A stretch of DNA of 50,132 nucleotides from Minisyncoccota bacterium (GTDB taxonomy: Bacteria; Patescibacteriota; Minisyncoccia; Phycocordibacterales; JABAAK01): positions 1-50,132 of the forward strand of contig OY282360.1 of NCBI GenBank assembly GCA_958295675.1. The letters are read 5' to 3'. Under the pieces are notes generated by a model. The model did not search any database, had not been told where the DNA came from, and was given only the letters and a program-made list of their open reading frames with translations. Every line of letters starts with the position of its first letter. The stretch's first letter is position 1. This document shows positions 27,613 to 37,119 of this stretch, piece by piece. Position numbers and translations under genes: made by a program.

Positions 27613-27801
27613 CTACACTGTACCAAACATTTTTCCGACAATCAATAAATAAAGCAGAGTGAAAAAAATCCCTTCCCAAATATACAGACGATTGGACATG
27701 CTTGACACGATAAAAAGAACGGTTACTTCTATAAGCGCGGGAATGCCGATGCGCAACACAACATCGCCGGCGACAAACGGACTGACACCTGCTATCGTCA
27801 A
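27613..27801 (-). CDS. Possible small hydrophobic protein (TTG start), perhaps a remnant of a larger membrane-protein gene
   Basis: 62-aa hydrophobic ORF ending 4 nt before mscS. Another hydrophobic 33-codon ORF (ATG at 27940) lies upstream in a different frame. Confidence 0.25.
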   Translation of the reverse strand: MTIAGVSPFVAGDVVLRIGIPALIEVTVLFIVSSMSNRLYIWEGIFFTLLYLLIVGKMFGTV

Positions 27802-27981
27802 ACCTATATGCTGCGCACTGCGGAGAAAATATCAATGATCAGTAAAACAGTAGAATAAAGAAGTGTGCGAGCAGGTTAATCACGCTATAGGTCAGGAGAA
27901 AAGAAATGATAAACAAATTAATGTGAGAGAGTATGCGCATGTGTAGGTATAGTACCACAAAAAATAAAGTATACTGATTAT

Positions 27982-28503
27982 ATGAAAACCGAAAAAGACA
28001 GCGTACAGGAAGAAAAAAATGAGCGGCGGTATTTACCGGACGATGTTAAACCATTGGTCTCTTGGCAGCTGGAAGAAGAAAAGAAGGCATATTCAAAAGA
28101 CAAAGAATTGTTGGTCATCCTTGTCGGTGCGGGTGCTGTAATACTCGCAATCCTTGTTGAAACTTACATATTTGCCGTGCTGCTCGCGGTGGCTACATGT
28201 CTATTCACATACATCGGACGGCAGAAACCGAAAAAGATGACATTCAGTATCACAGACATCGGTCTGTTCCTTGACGACGACTTCCTGCAATTAGAAGAAG
28301 TACACAATTTTAATATTATTGACGATCCTGGTGAGCGGGCGCGTTTGCTGCTTGGGGTACAGAAGATGGTTCATGTAAATGAGATTGTGCCAATATATGA
28401 TACTGACATAGAGCAGATAAAAACAACTTTGAAAGATTTAGGTATAAAAGAAGACGAAACACTTGAGCCGTCTATACTGGACCATCTTGTTAAATTTATA
28501 TAA
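27982..28503 (+). CDS. Hypothetical membrane protein (two TM helices)
   Basis: 173-aa ORF with a charged N-terminus, the hydrophobic hairpin LLVILVGAGAVILAILVETYIFAVLLAVATCLF, and a soluble C-terminal domain. No family recognised. Confidence 0.6.
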   Translation: MKTEKDSVQEEKNERRYLPDDVKPLVSWQLEEEKKAYSKDKELLVILVGAGAVILAILVETYIFAVLLAVATCLFTYIGRQKPKKMTFSITDIGLFLDDDFLQLEEVHNFNIIDDPGERARLLLGVQKMVHVNEIVPIYDTDIEQIKTTLKDLGIKEDETLEPSILDHLVKFI

Positions 28504-28543
28504 AACGACAGGTGAAAAACCTGATTATGATATAGTAACTTTC

Positions 28544-28633
<90 letters not shown>

Positions 28634-28760
28634 ATACCAGATACGGTTATTTGCCTGTATCGGAGAATACGGTCTCCAGGTAGTCAGCCACCTATCGGTA
28701 TACATGTTCCTGTATCTTCACATCATCTTTGAAAACTACAGAAATTCTTCACAGGACGAG

Positions 28761-28832
28761 TGACCCTACGGGGAATCGAACCCCGGTTTCAGCCGTGAGA
28801 GGGCTGCGTCCTAGCCGCTAGACGATAGGGCC
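28761..28832 (-). tRNA. tRNA-Glu (anticodon CTC)
   Basis: The reverse complement is GGCCCTATCGTCTAGCGGCTAGGACGCAGCCCTCTCACGGCTGAAACCGGGGTTCGATTCCCCGTAGGGTCA. It has the typical Glu D-arm, with anticodon stem CAGCC/GGCTG and loop CTCTCAC. Confidence 0.85.
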
Positions 28833-28927
28833 GCATAGCATAAACATATACTAACACACAGACATTAAAAACACACCCTGCAGTAACACAAAAATAGGCA
28901 ATAAAGTGATATACTAAACGGCGTAGC

Positions 28928-29004
28928 GGGCGATTAGCTCAGTTGGCTAGAGCGCTTCCTTGACGTGGAAGAGGTCACAGGTTCAAATCCTGTATCGCCC
29001 ACCA
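28928..29004 (+). tRNA. tRNA-Val (anticodon GAC), CCA encoded
   Basis: GGGCGAT-TA-GCTC..GAGC-G-CTTCC-TTGACGT-GGAAG-AGGTC-ACAGG-TTCAAAT-CCTGT-ATCGCCC-A-CCA. Confidence 0.9.
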
Positions 29005-31584
29005 CTAACTGCACGGCGACAGAGTTACACTATCTTTCTGTGAACTGATGGATTTTGTTGTTATTCCTGTGTTTTGTTGTATTGATACCGGTATACACCC
29101 GCCCAGCTTATTGTTTTGAAGTTTTAGTGTTAATAATGACGGCAACCTACCTAATGATGCCGGAATCTCACCGGTCAGCGTGTTGCCACTCAAGTCTATT
29201 TCTGTAAGTGTTTTCAGACGACCAAGCGATTCTGGAATCTGACCCTTAAGTCCTCCGTTTTTTCGAATCCATACAAGAGATCCCGAACGGACATTCACAC
29301 CGTTCCAGGAAGCAATTGATTCGGTGCGGCTCCAACTATTTAACGCCGTCCTTCCCGTTCCAACAAGAGTATCTTTCGCGGCAAGCAATGTTTCACAATC
29401 ATGATACAATTGTGTTCTGAGTGTTTCTCCCCCACATCCACCAAACGGCGCATTCGGATTAGGGTCAAAGATAACCTTCTGACTCCGCACACCATCGTCA
29501 GTACGCATCTGCACTATAAGCACCTTGTTCTGGAAAGAGGTTCTTAGAATCTCCGTCTTCAAATTATCAAGAATGATATGACTGTCTTTGTTATTAATTT
29601 TCTCTGCAGCAGCAGCACAGGTAGTACCGCCTCCGGCACATGTAATATCATTTCTCTTCAAGAAGGTGTCTGTGTCCATAAAGTGAAAAAAGCGATTAGG
29701 ACTGCTGAGAGTAATAAATTTATTATTATTACTACTGTCCACCGCATAAATATTCACCTCAAAATAGTACGGAGCGTTGGTGCCCGATTTTGCATGGCTG
29801 GGTACTGCCACCACAATCTTATCCTTAGTCGGATCCCGTGACGTACTCATATCAAGTTTCAAACTTACGTCCGGCACAGGGATGGTCTTCGCGACATTCC
29901 TATCAACCGCCCGTTCCGGCAACACCCGTACCGCAGCACTGATAGGGCCGACCTCGTTCCATGAACTTGTATCCACTGCACCATTACACAAATCGGCTTC
30001 AGTTCTGTTCGTGTTTGTTGGATTCGGATCTGTTGCGGTCGGCCTTGGTGGCGATTGATACCAACAGCGCAACTCATACTCTGTGTCACGGACAACAGCA
30101 TCATTATGAGTGGTGGACCCTACCGTACTCGTTGTCAAAAAGTTTGTTTTAAAACACGATGCGACACGATTAGTGAGTCGCTCGGCAATTTTACAAAAAG
30201 CGTTATTTGAATCGGGGCTGGTGAAATTGTCAATGCTTACCTCAAAATCAACCAAACCTCCTTCAGTAAGAACAGCAGGAGATATTCTGAACAATCGTAG
30301 AACAAGAGATTTGACCGAAATACCTCTACTATCCTCTGCATTGATATCTCCAAAAATCTTATGAACATGTCTGTCGGTACATCTAAGACGAAATTGGGAT
30401 ATTGGAGAAAATAATGTTTCAAAATAACTGTACCCAACAGTATTACTACCTCCCGACCCAGGCGACAACTTGTTAGCACTCACTGTTCTTGGTGGAGGAG
30501 AACCAAGAGAAACCCACTGCGCCTTACTTCGTCCCAAAGGACAAAAAATATTAAGTATGATTCTTTGCCCGATGCGGGCGGTACGGGATGATGGTGCTAT
30601 TGCCGCTTGTGGGGCTACATTGCTCTTGAAACCGAGTGACGGGATGTCTACTGCATTTGAAAAACCGGTGTTGTGTCCGGAAGGCAGACAGTTATTCACA
30701 TCAGTCGTGCTCCCGAAATTAGGACCGAATGACCAATCACCACTCTTTTGCGACCACCCGCAACCGAACAATTGCATGTATGGGAATGTAATACCGGCAC
30801 AATACTGATTTGTACAACCAGTACCCGGAGTAGGGTTATTGACATCGGTCGGGATTTCTCGAACAAACGGACGCACACCTTTCCAACCGGACGGAACTGA
30901 CGATGATGTCACCGTCCTGCCGTCACCTCCCACAATGAAAGGACTCGCGGGACCGAGAAGGATAAAATCGCGTAAAAGCGGAGCATACGCACAACCGACA
31001 ACGGTAACAGTTGTGCCGGCGGTTGTTCCCCCATCTGGAACATTTGGAATAATATGATCGTCTTTGTCAACACCATTACTACCAGCATTGACACGAACAA
31101 TCCGTGCCTGCCTGTTAGCACCGGTAAGCCCATAACAACTTCCCTCATCAATTCCTGTTGTTGTGGAATCGTCAGCGGGAAACTTATCAAGGTCAAAATA
31201 AATCGCCCCATAGACCGGCGACCATGCATGTCCTCGTATCTCTCCTGTCTTTATGTCTGAAGAGTCATCAAAATCTCCGTCAGCATTAGCATCGTATCCA
31301 TCATGGTAGTACTTAACAGCATTTTTCCAAACCACTGAATCGTCACATACACCAATATTACAGGTGGTGGCTGGTAGAGTGGCAGTGTTACTACAGCCCT
31401 GTATTGGAGTACTGGAAGAACTGACATTACTAATGGGCATATCACAGGTTGTACGCGCCCACACATCTAGTCGTTCATTCCAAATATAACTATGCAGGTT
31501 CCATGGCGTGCTTTGTGCGGCTGCGGAGTGCGGCACAGCAATAAAAAATACCGCACAAAGCACGCACAACAGATACAGAACCAT
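29005..31584 (-). CDS. Large secreted/surface protein with C-terminal leucine-rich repeats
   Basis: ORF 29005..31650. I chose the ATG at 31584, which gives a signal-peptide-like start (MVLYLLCVLCAVFFIAVPHSAAAQ). The C-terminus carries plant-type LRR units (GQIPESLGRLKTLTEIDLSGNTLTGEIPASLGRLPSLLTLKLQNNKLGG). Confidence 0.75.
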   Translation of the reverse strand: MVLYLLCVLCAVFFIAVPHSAAAQSTPWNLHSYIWNERLDVWARTTCDMPISNVSSSSTPIQGCSNTATLPATTCNIGVCDDSVVWKNAVKYYHDGYDANADGDFDDSSDIKTGEIRGHAWSPVYGAIYFDLDKFPADDSTTTGIDEGSCYGLTGANRQARIVRVNAGSNGVDKDDHIIPNVPDGGTTAGTTVTVVGCAYAPLLRDFILLGPASPFIVGGDGRTVTSSSVPSGWKGVRPFVREIPTDVNNPTPGTGCTNQYCAGITFPYMQLFGCGWSQKSGDWSFGPNFGSTTDVNNCLPSGHNTGFSNAVDIPSLGFKSNVAPQAAIAPSSRTARIGQRIILNIFCPLGRSKAQWVSLGSPPPRTVSANKLSPGSGGSNTVGYSYFETLFSPISQFRLRCTDRHVHKIFGDINAEDSRGISVKSLVLRLFRISPAVLTEGGLVDFEVSIDNFTSPDSNNAFCKIAERLTNRVASCFKTNFLTTSTVGSTTHNDAVVRDTEYELRCWYQSPPRPTATDPNPTNTNRTEADLCNGAVDTSSWNEVGPISAAVRVLPERAVDRNVAKTIPVPDVSLKLDMSTSRDPTKDKIVVAVPSHAKSGTNAPYYFEVNIYAVDSSNNNKFITLSSPNRFFHFMDTDTFLKRNDITCAGGGTTCAAAAEKINNKDSHIILDNLKTEILRTSFQNKVLIVQMRTDDGVRSQKVIFDPNPNAPFGGCGGETLRTQLYHDCETLLAAKDTLVGTGRTALNSWSRTESIASWNGVNVRSGSLVWIRKNGGLKGQIPESLGRLKTLTEIDLSGNTLTGEIPASLGRLPSLLTLKLQNNKLGGCIPVSIQQNTGITTKSISSQKDSVTLSPCS

Positions 31585-31754
31585 GGTGGAAATTAATACG
31601 GAGTGATGTAATGAAATGCTCAAGAACTGCATACAAAATGGAACATGCAAAAAGTATACTTGTATGGTACTACAAAATAGTTAGGTCAATTAATATACTA
31701 TGGAAAACAATCTGTATCAAGAAAATAGTTTGTACTGTATACTGAAAAGCATCG

Positions 31755-31826
31755 CTCCCTATAGTTTAATGGATAGAACGCAGGCTTGCGGAGCTTGTAA
31801 TGCAGGTTCGACTCCTGCTAGGGAGG
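31755..31826 (+). tRNA. tRNA-Arg (anticodon GCG by hand fold), C1:G72 acceptor end
   Basis: Acceptor CTCCCTA/TAGGGAG, anticodon stem CAGGC/GCTTG (one G-U) with loop TTGCGGA, and T-arm GCAGG-TTCGACT-CCTGC. The 5' end could be one nt further upstream. Confidence 0.7.
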
Positions 31827-31872
31827 CCGAAAACGGTGTATAATAAAGGTAAAATAAATACAACACAAAAAG

Positions 31873-31898
31873 AAAAGGAGACCGTTCGGTCTCCTTTT
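31873..31898. terminator. Bidirectional rho-independent terminator
   Basis: AAAA-GGAGACC-GTTC-GGTCTCC-TTTT lies between the convergent tRNA-Arg and the lytic-transglycosylase-like gene. Confidence 0.6.
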
Positions 31899-31918
31899 GA
31901 GTATGTGCGCCAACTTGC

Positions 31919-32881
31919 TCATATCCCGACACCAAAAAAGATGTGTTGAGCGATTGGCAGCTGATCCATCACCTTGTTGTGGTATGCAATTCCCTTTGGA
32001 GAATTCCAGTACGCAGGACCGGCGTAGTATCCGCCGATCTTCCGGAAGTTATCCAGAACCCCAATTTCACGCAGAATCAAGGCGGTTGCCATGACTGAAT
32101 GTTCAGGATTCCAAGGGTTCGACGGTTCAGAAATGCCGAGTGCGCGACTGATGTGATCATTCGCAGGATCATACCTGTACCGCCACTCAAAACTTCCATT
32201 TCTGGGCGACGCTCTGTCGAGACGAAACATGTTAAGAATGGCTATTTTTGCGCACGGACCAAAACTCGTCTCACGAGCACACGGACCGGATATGGTAGGC
32301 ATGAATCCAAGCCGAAAATCTGCTAATGCCGAATCAGTTTCAGGATTCATGGTACCACTGACATCCAAACCCGCCCCCATGAATAGGTTCAGGAAGGATT
32401 GCAGTAACAAAACATCCCGGTTGGTGGTTTCACGCGACGAAAAAATCGCATTAGATTTGTTGTACACACCATCAATGCGCATGCCGGAAAAAACCATCCA
32501 TGTTGAGGCAAGTATCCTGCCGGGACCGATTGCACCACCACCACCACTGCTTGATTGCGATGCACATGCGGTATACGGATTATACCCATGCTGATGCGCA
32601 AGAGCGAGTACGGGAATGCCATCGCGCGCAATGTTTGACCCAAGAACCAATGACCCCGGAGGTCCCATGTCTGTCCCGAATTTTGTCTCAACAAGCAGAA
32701 CTGCTCCGATGTAATCCGAGGGTACACCGGTCGCTCGTTCTGCTGTCAGAACAAAGCGAACCATTCGCTCACGCGGAACTGGAACGCATGTATCCAAAGT
32801 GCTCTTTGCTCCTGTTGCACCAAAAGATGGCACGAAGAACAAGGATGCAAAAAAACACAGTGCAAATGTAAACCTACTCAT
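31919..32881 (-). CDS. Secreted MltB-like lytic transglycosylase-family protein, paralog 1
   Basis: ORF 31919..32905. I chose the ATG at 32881, which has a GGAG upstream. It has a signal peptide, LLVETKFG (candidate catalytic Glu), GGGGAIGPGRILASTW (resembles the GAMGxxQFxPSTW motif of MltB-type SLT_2 domains), and a PG-binding-like segment DVLLLQSFLN... Confidence 0.65.
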   Translation of the reverse strand: MSRFTFALCFFASLFFVPSFGATGAKSTLDTCVPVPRERMVRFVLTAERATGVPSDYIGAVLLVETKFGTDMGPPGSLVLGSNIARDGIPVLALAHQHGYNPYTACASQSSSGGGGAIGPGRILASTWMVFSGMRIDGVYNKSNAIFSSRETTNRDVLLLQSFLNLFMGAGLDVSGTMNPETDSALADFRLGFMPTISGPCARETSFGPCAKIAILNMFRLDRASPRNGSFEWRYRYDPANDHISRALGISEPSNPWNPEHSVMATALILREIGVLDNFRKIGGYYAGPAYWNSPKGIAYHNKVMDQLPIAQHIFFGVGI

Positions 32882-32959
32882 ATCACCTTCTCCTTTGTGA
32901 AACAAGGTTGAAATCCAACATTACAATAACATAATATAATATTTAAGTCAAAATATAGC

Positions 32960-32993
32960 GTATAAAAAGTAGAGGAGGACGATAGTCCTCCTC
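32960..32993 (-). terminator. Putative rho-independent terminator of paralog 2
   Basis: A 9-bp stem GAGGAGGAC/GTCCTCCTC with loop GATA overlaps the stop codon and is followed on the minus strand by a T-rich run. Confidence 0.5.
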
Positions 32994-33975
32994 ATAAGAG
33001 TGCTCGCGCTTGCGGAACATTAGCCACCACCTTTTGATAGTAGCCAACCCCATTCTGCCAGTTACCGCTACCGGCATAATAAGAGCTAATCGCTCGGCGT
33101 GGTTCCTGAAGAACTCCAAGATCCAGCAGATAGAGCGCGACCCCCATCACAGAATGACTCGGCACCCATGGATCTGAAGGACCTTGAATACCAAGTGCCT
33201 GCGCAACCTTGTCGTTTGAGCGGTCATACACATAATTCCACTCAAAGTAATTGTTGCGAGGTTCTGCGACCCTGGTGTGCCACAAAATATTCATTTTGGT
33301 ACACGCCCCGAATCGGCGCTGATGTGCTGCAGTCATACAGAGTCCGGACATTTGAGGGGTATACCCTTGATTGAACCGGATCATGCTGCCTGCGGTCTCC
33401 TCGTCAAAAACGCCGGAAGGGGAAACTTCGATGTGACCTTTCATGAACACGCCAAGAATATACTGCAGTAACAGCACATCAAAGCGGTTTTGGCTTGCAT
33501 CACCCTTTTGATGAAAGAATCTATCTCTCACCCTCCCCTCACTAGAGACCTCACTATAGAAACCCCTAATGCGAATACCACCAAGCGACAGCCATGTTGA
33601 CGGCAGTATCTGCCCAACCCCCATAGCTCCGCCAAAATGCCCGTTTGCCTTGGATGCGCATGCGGTATATGGGTTGTACCCCAACAAATCCGCTATTGCG
33701 ATGGCAGGTATGCCGTCCCTAGACAGTCGCGCATGGTGGACCAATGCTCCTGGCACCCCGGTATTTCTGCCATAGCTACTTTCTACGAGCAGCAGGGCTG
33801 CCAACCATTCGGCTGGTACGCCGGTTCTGGACGACGCAAACAGGACTGCCTGCGCCATATCTGACTGAGAGGCCGGGACACAGGAATCCATGGTGGTCCT
33901 GTGTTCCGAGGTATTGGCGAAATACGCCACACCACCGACAAATGTCAGTATGAGAATAATGATCATGGACTTCAT
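32992..33975 (-). CDS. Secreted MltB-like lytic transglycosylase-family protein, paralog 2
   Basis: GGAGG RBS upstream, a signal/anchor start (MKSMIIILILTFVGGVAYF), LLVESSYGRNTG, and GGAMGVGQILPSTW. It is collinear with the downstream paralog along its whole length. Confidence 0.7.
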   Translation of the reverse strand: MKSMIIILILTFVGGVAYFANTSEHRTTMDSCVPASQSDMAQAVLFASSRTGVPAEWLAALLLVESSYGRNTGVPGALVHHARLSRDGIPAIAIADLLGYNPYTACASKANGHFGGAMGVGQILPSTWLSLGGIRIRGFYSEVSSEGRVRDRFFHQKGDASQNRFDVLLLQYILGVFMKGHIEVSPSGVFDEETAGSMIRFNQGYTPQMSGLCMTAAHQRRFGACTKMNILWHTRVAEPRNNYFEWNYVYDRSNDKVAQALGIQGPSDPWVPSHSVMGVALYLLDLGVLQEPRRAISSYYAGSGNWQNGVGYYQKVVANVPQARALL

Positions 33976-34068
33976 TCTTTCTCCTCCTTAGAAACAGGAA
34001 TGAACAAACTATATAAATAATAACATATTTATTACTTATAGTCAATAAACCTATGGAATTTGGGGTTT

Positions 34069-35805
34069 TTAGGGCAAAATCGCTAATTTTTTATATTGTT
34101 CCTCAGTATCCCTTTCCTCCACCTTCTTAAAAAGCACCTGAACACCGGAAATCTTGTAATGTGATGGAGGGGTGCGGTAACGCCACGCACTGCTCTCTCC
34201 AACCCCGTGTTCACTGGCAATAATGGACTCGGCAGTGAAAAATGATTGTATTTTTTGTGATGTTTTTGGCAAAAACGGCTGTATGAGAACAGAAAGTGAG
34301 CGGATGACATGAAGAAGTACCAGAAGGTCTGTCTGTGCTTGTTGCGGTGTACGCTCCGCCGTTTTCCACGGCTCCTTGGTATGCGCAAATTGATTACTCA
34401 ACTCCGCAATCCGCAAAATGTCCCGAAACGCTTGACGAAACTTCCCTTTTTCAATAAACACCCCGACGGATTCAAATGTCTGCTCTGCAGCCGCGAGCAA
34501 TTGTTTTGAAGATGCATCAAGATCAGTATGCGTAGAAACCCCATCTGGAAATTCCTTTTCAACAAAAGCACATATTCTGTTCACCAAGTTGCCGAATGTA
34601 CCGATTAGTTCTCCATTGACCAATTCACCGAATTTAGACCACCGAAAATCAATATCTGATGTTTCTGGCCCTTGTGCTGTGAAGAAATAGCGGAGCAGTT
34701 CAGAATCAAAATGCTGCAAAAAATCAGGAATCCATACTGCCCACGATCTACTTGTTGAAAACTGTTTACCCTCAAGGGTAAGATACTCAGACGCGAACAC
34801 TCGGTCAGGTAGGTGCAGGTTACCAAGCGCCATAAACACTACCGGAAGTACGAGAGTATGAAACGGCACATTGTCTTTACCGTGCACATAATAATGCTTC
34901 GCATCCGAACTCTGCCACCATGCCCGCCATGCATCGGCATCACCAGACATTCGCGCCCAGTGGCGTGACGCGGACAAATAACCGAGTACCGCATCAAACC
35001 AAACATACAATCGTTTGCTGTCATACCCTTCAAGCGGAACCGACACACCCCAATCGGTATCTCTGGTTATTGCCCGATCCTGCATTCCCTGCTTGAGAAA
35101 ACTCTTCGTGAACTGCGCGGCGTTGACACTCCATGCGCCACCTACGCTTTCAACCCACCGCTCCAAATCTTCCTGAAATGCGCTGAGCTTGAGGTAGAAA
35201 TGCTCTGATTCGCGAACTTCAAGCGCAGCATCAGATACCGAAGCATCCGTGTTGAGCATGTTTGCGTTCACGCGCGGACCGCGCAAGGAAAGTGGGTCAA
35301 GAAGCGCGCCGCATTCATCACATTGATCACCGCGCGCGCTGTCGTACCCACAATGAGGACATTCACCCTCAACAAACCTATCAGGAAGAAAACGGTTCAA
35401 AAATGGCGAGTACAGTGCCTTGCCAACCTTGGTGTATACATGCTTTTTATTATAAAGTTCAAGGAAGATTTCCTGCACCACCTCAGCATGCTCGGGCGTT
35501 GTTGTTTTTGTATATAGATCAAAAGTAAAGCCAATATCATCAACAAGTGTTTTCTTGAACTCCTTATGGTAGCGATCGGCAATGGATGCCGGGGACACAT
35601 TCTGTTTGATAGATTCAATGACAATCGGCGTGCCGTAACAATCACTACCGGAAACAAAAAGCACCCTATCCCCTTTGAGGCGGTGGTATCGAGCGAGCAC
35701 ATCAGCGCCTATCAGCGAGGCAATATGACCGAGATGCAAAGAGCCGTTCGCATACGGCCACGCCGATGCGATAAGAATGTGCTGTTTCCCGTTCTCGTTC
35801 CCCAT
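34069..35805 (-). CDS. metG: Methionyl-tRNA synthetase (core enzyme without the C-terminal tRNA-binding domain)
   Basis: HIGH motif (SLHLGH), zinc knuckle CPHCGYDSARGDQCDECG, KMSKS-like KFSTSRS, and a helical anticodon-binding domain. Confidence 0.95.
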   Translation of the reverse strand: MGNENGKQHILIASAWPYANGSLHLGHIASLIGADVLARYHRLKGDRVLFVSGSDCYGTPIVIESIKQNVSPASIADRYHKEFKKTLVDDIGFTFDLYTKTTTPEHAEVVQEIFLELYNKKHVYTKVGKALYSPFLNRFLPDRFVEGECPHCGYDSARGDQCDECGALLDPLSLRGPRVNANMLNTDASVSDAALEVRESEHFYLKLSAFQEDLERWVESVGGAWSVNAAQFTKSFLKQGMQDRAITRDTDWGVSVPLEGYDSKRLYVWFDAVLGYLSASRHWARMSGDADAWRAWWQSSDAKHYYVHGKDNVPFHTLVLPVVFMALGNLHLPDRVFASEYLTLEGKQFSTSRSWAVWIPDFLQHFDSELLRYFFTAQGPETSDIDFRWSKFGELVNGELIGTFGNLVNRICAFVEKEFPDGVSTHTDLDASSKQLLAAAEQTFESVGVFIEKGKFRQAFRDILRIAELSNQFAHTKEPWKTAERTPQQAQTDLLVLLHVIRSLSVLIQPFLPKTSQKIQSFFTAESIIASEHGVGESSAWRYRTPPSHYKISGVQVLFKKVEERDTEEQYKKLAILP

Positions 35806-35837
35806 ACAACTACAGTGTACCGCAAAAGAGAATGCGG

Positions 35838-36185
35838 CTATGTCAGACGAGACCCGATCGGCACATCATGTGGCGGCTCCACAACACGCACCACCTCATC
35901 ACCCGACTCTCCAGTGTATGAAGCACACACTAACATGCCGTTGCTTTCTGTCCCGAGTATCTCGCGCGATCTGAGGTTGGCGACAACAATACAATTCACC
36001 CCAACAAGATCATCCGGACTGTAATGCCGACCGATACCGGAAAGAATGGTGCGCGGATTCGTTTCGCCAACATCAACAGAAAGATTGAGCATTTTGTTTG
36101 AACCCTCAACAGCAGTGACAGATACAATGCGTCCGACAAGGAGGTGGACGGCAGAAAACTGTTCAATATCAATCACTCCGTCCAT
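35838..36185 (-). CDS. Stand-alone tRNA-binding domain protein (Trbp111/CsaA/MetRS-C-terminal-like OB fold)
   Basis: The 115 aa read VHLLVGRIVSVTAVEGSNKMLNLSVDVGE...RTILSGI...VGVNCIVVANLRSREILGTESNGMLV, the signature of the EMAP/Trbp111 tRNA-binding OB fold. Confidence 0.85.
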   Translation of the reverse strand: MDGVIDIEQFSAVHLLVGRIVSVTAVEGSNKMLNLSVDVGETNPRTILSGIGRHYSPDDLVGVNCIVVANLRSREILGTESNGMLVCASYTGESGDEVVRVVEPPHDVPIGSRLT

Positions 36186-36190
36186 AACCG

Positions 36191-36454
36191 CTACGCATTC
36201 GGTTTAATTGCCCGAGATAAGACTGATTTTCTGCGTGAAGCGGTTCGCTTTGTGATAACACCACGCTTCGCCGCCTTATCTATTGCTCTCTGCGCAGCAC
36301 GGTACTCAGTTCTTGCTTTCACAGCATCTCCTTCCCGATGCAGAGTCCGTACACTTTTAATCATAGAGCGCATGGTACGAAAACGACGAAGATTAAAAAC
36401 GCGCCGACGCGCCGACGCGCGAATTTCTTTTTTAGCTGATGCAGTAATAGCCAT
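36191..36454 (-). CDS. rpsT: Ribosomal protein S20
   Basis: ORF 36191..36481, with the internal ATG at 36454 chosen (MAITASAKKEIRASARRR...). It is basic and helical, with the typical S20 N-terminus. Confidence 0.85.
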   Translation of the reverse strand: MAITASAKKEIRASARRRVFNLRRFRTMRSMIKSVRTLHREGDAVKARTEYRAAQRAIDKAAKRGVITKRTASRRKSVLSRAIKPNA

Positions 36455-36524
36455 ACCCATCACAGTACAGTAAACAGGCACAAATACGCAAGTCGGTGTA
36501 GGACTGATAGTATACTAACTATAT

Positions 36525-37097
36525 ATGATCGGCACACTGACCGGCAAAGCAAAAGATGCCGGAAAAGGTATAATTATCGTTGAAACCGACGGTGGTGTCG
36601 GGTATACAGTCGGTGTGTCAGCGGCGACAAAAAACACTGTGCTCAAAAAAGGTACCTGCACACTGCACACCCACACCGTTATTCGCAAAGACACCATAGA
36701 GTTATTCGGGTTCCCTGAACGGGAAGAATATTCAGCGTTCCTATTGCTTATCACTGTCTCAGGCATCGGTCCGAAAAAAGCTCTGACCATACTGGAAGCC
36801 ATGCCGATACCGACACTACTGCAAACAATCAAAAACGAAGATACTGACACACTCATCTCGTTCGGCATAGGAAAAAAGCAAGCGCAACGAATAATACTGG
36901 AACTGCAGCGCAAAATAGAAACCGCTGACGGCGAAACAGGTATGTCCAGTGATATCATCGCGGCACTGATTGCGCTCGGATATGACAAGAAAGAAATTAT
37001 AGAAACATTGAAACACGCACCGCCAAAAACAGAAACCATAGAAGAACAAATACAGGAAACATTAAAAGCCATGCGAAGCAGTCAATATAACCAGTAA
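36525..37097 (+). CDS. ruvA: Holliday junction DNA helicase subunit RuvA
   Basis: N-terminal OB start (MIGTLTGK...GVGYTV), two HhH motifs (VSGIGPKKALTIL, GIGKKQAQRIILEL), and a short domain III. Confidence 0.9.
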   Translation: MIGTLTGKAKDAGKGIIIVETDGGVGYTVGVSAATKNTVLKKGTCTLHTHTVIRKDTIELFGFPEREEYSAFLLLITVSGIGPKKALTILEAMPIPTLLQTIKNEDTDTLISFGIGKKQAQRIILELQRKIETADGETGMSSDIIAALIALGYDKKEIIETLKHAPPKTETIEEQIQETLKAMRSSQYNQ

Positions 37098-37119
37098 TTA
37101 CTGCTATACTGGGCGATAT

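Noticed and set aside
27613-27940. A possibly frameshifted membrane-protein pseudogene upstream of mscS (33-codon hydrophobic ORF from 27940, plus the 62-aa ORF at 27613..27801)
   Set aside because: The two hydrophobic pieces cannot be joined by a single frameshift, because both frames hit stops around 27825-27842. The evidence is too thin to call a pseudogene, so only the distal small ORF is listed, at low confidence.
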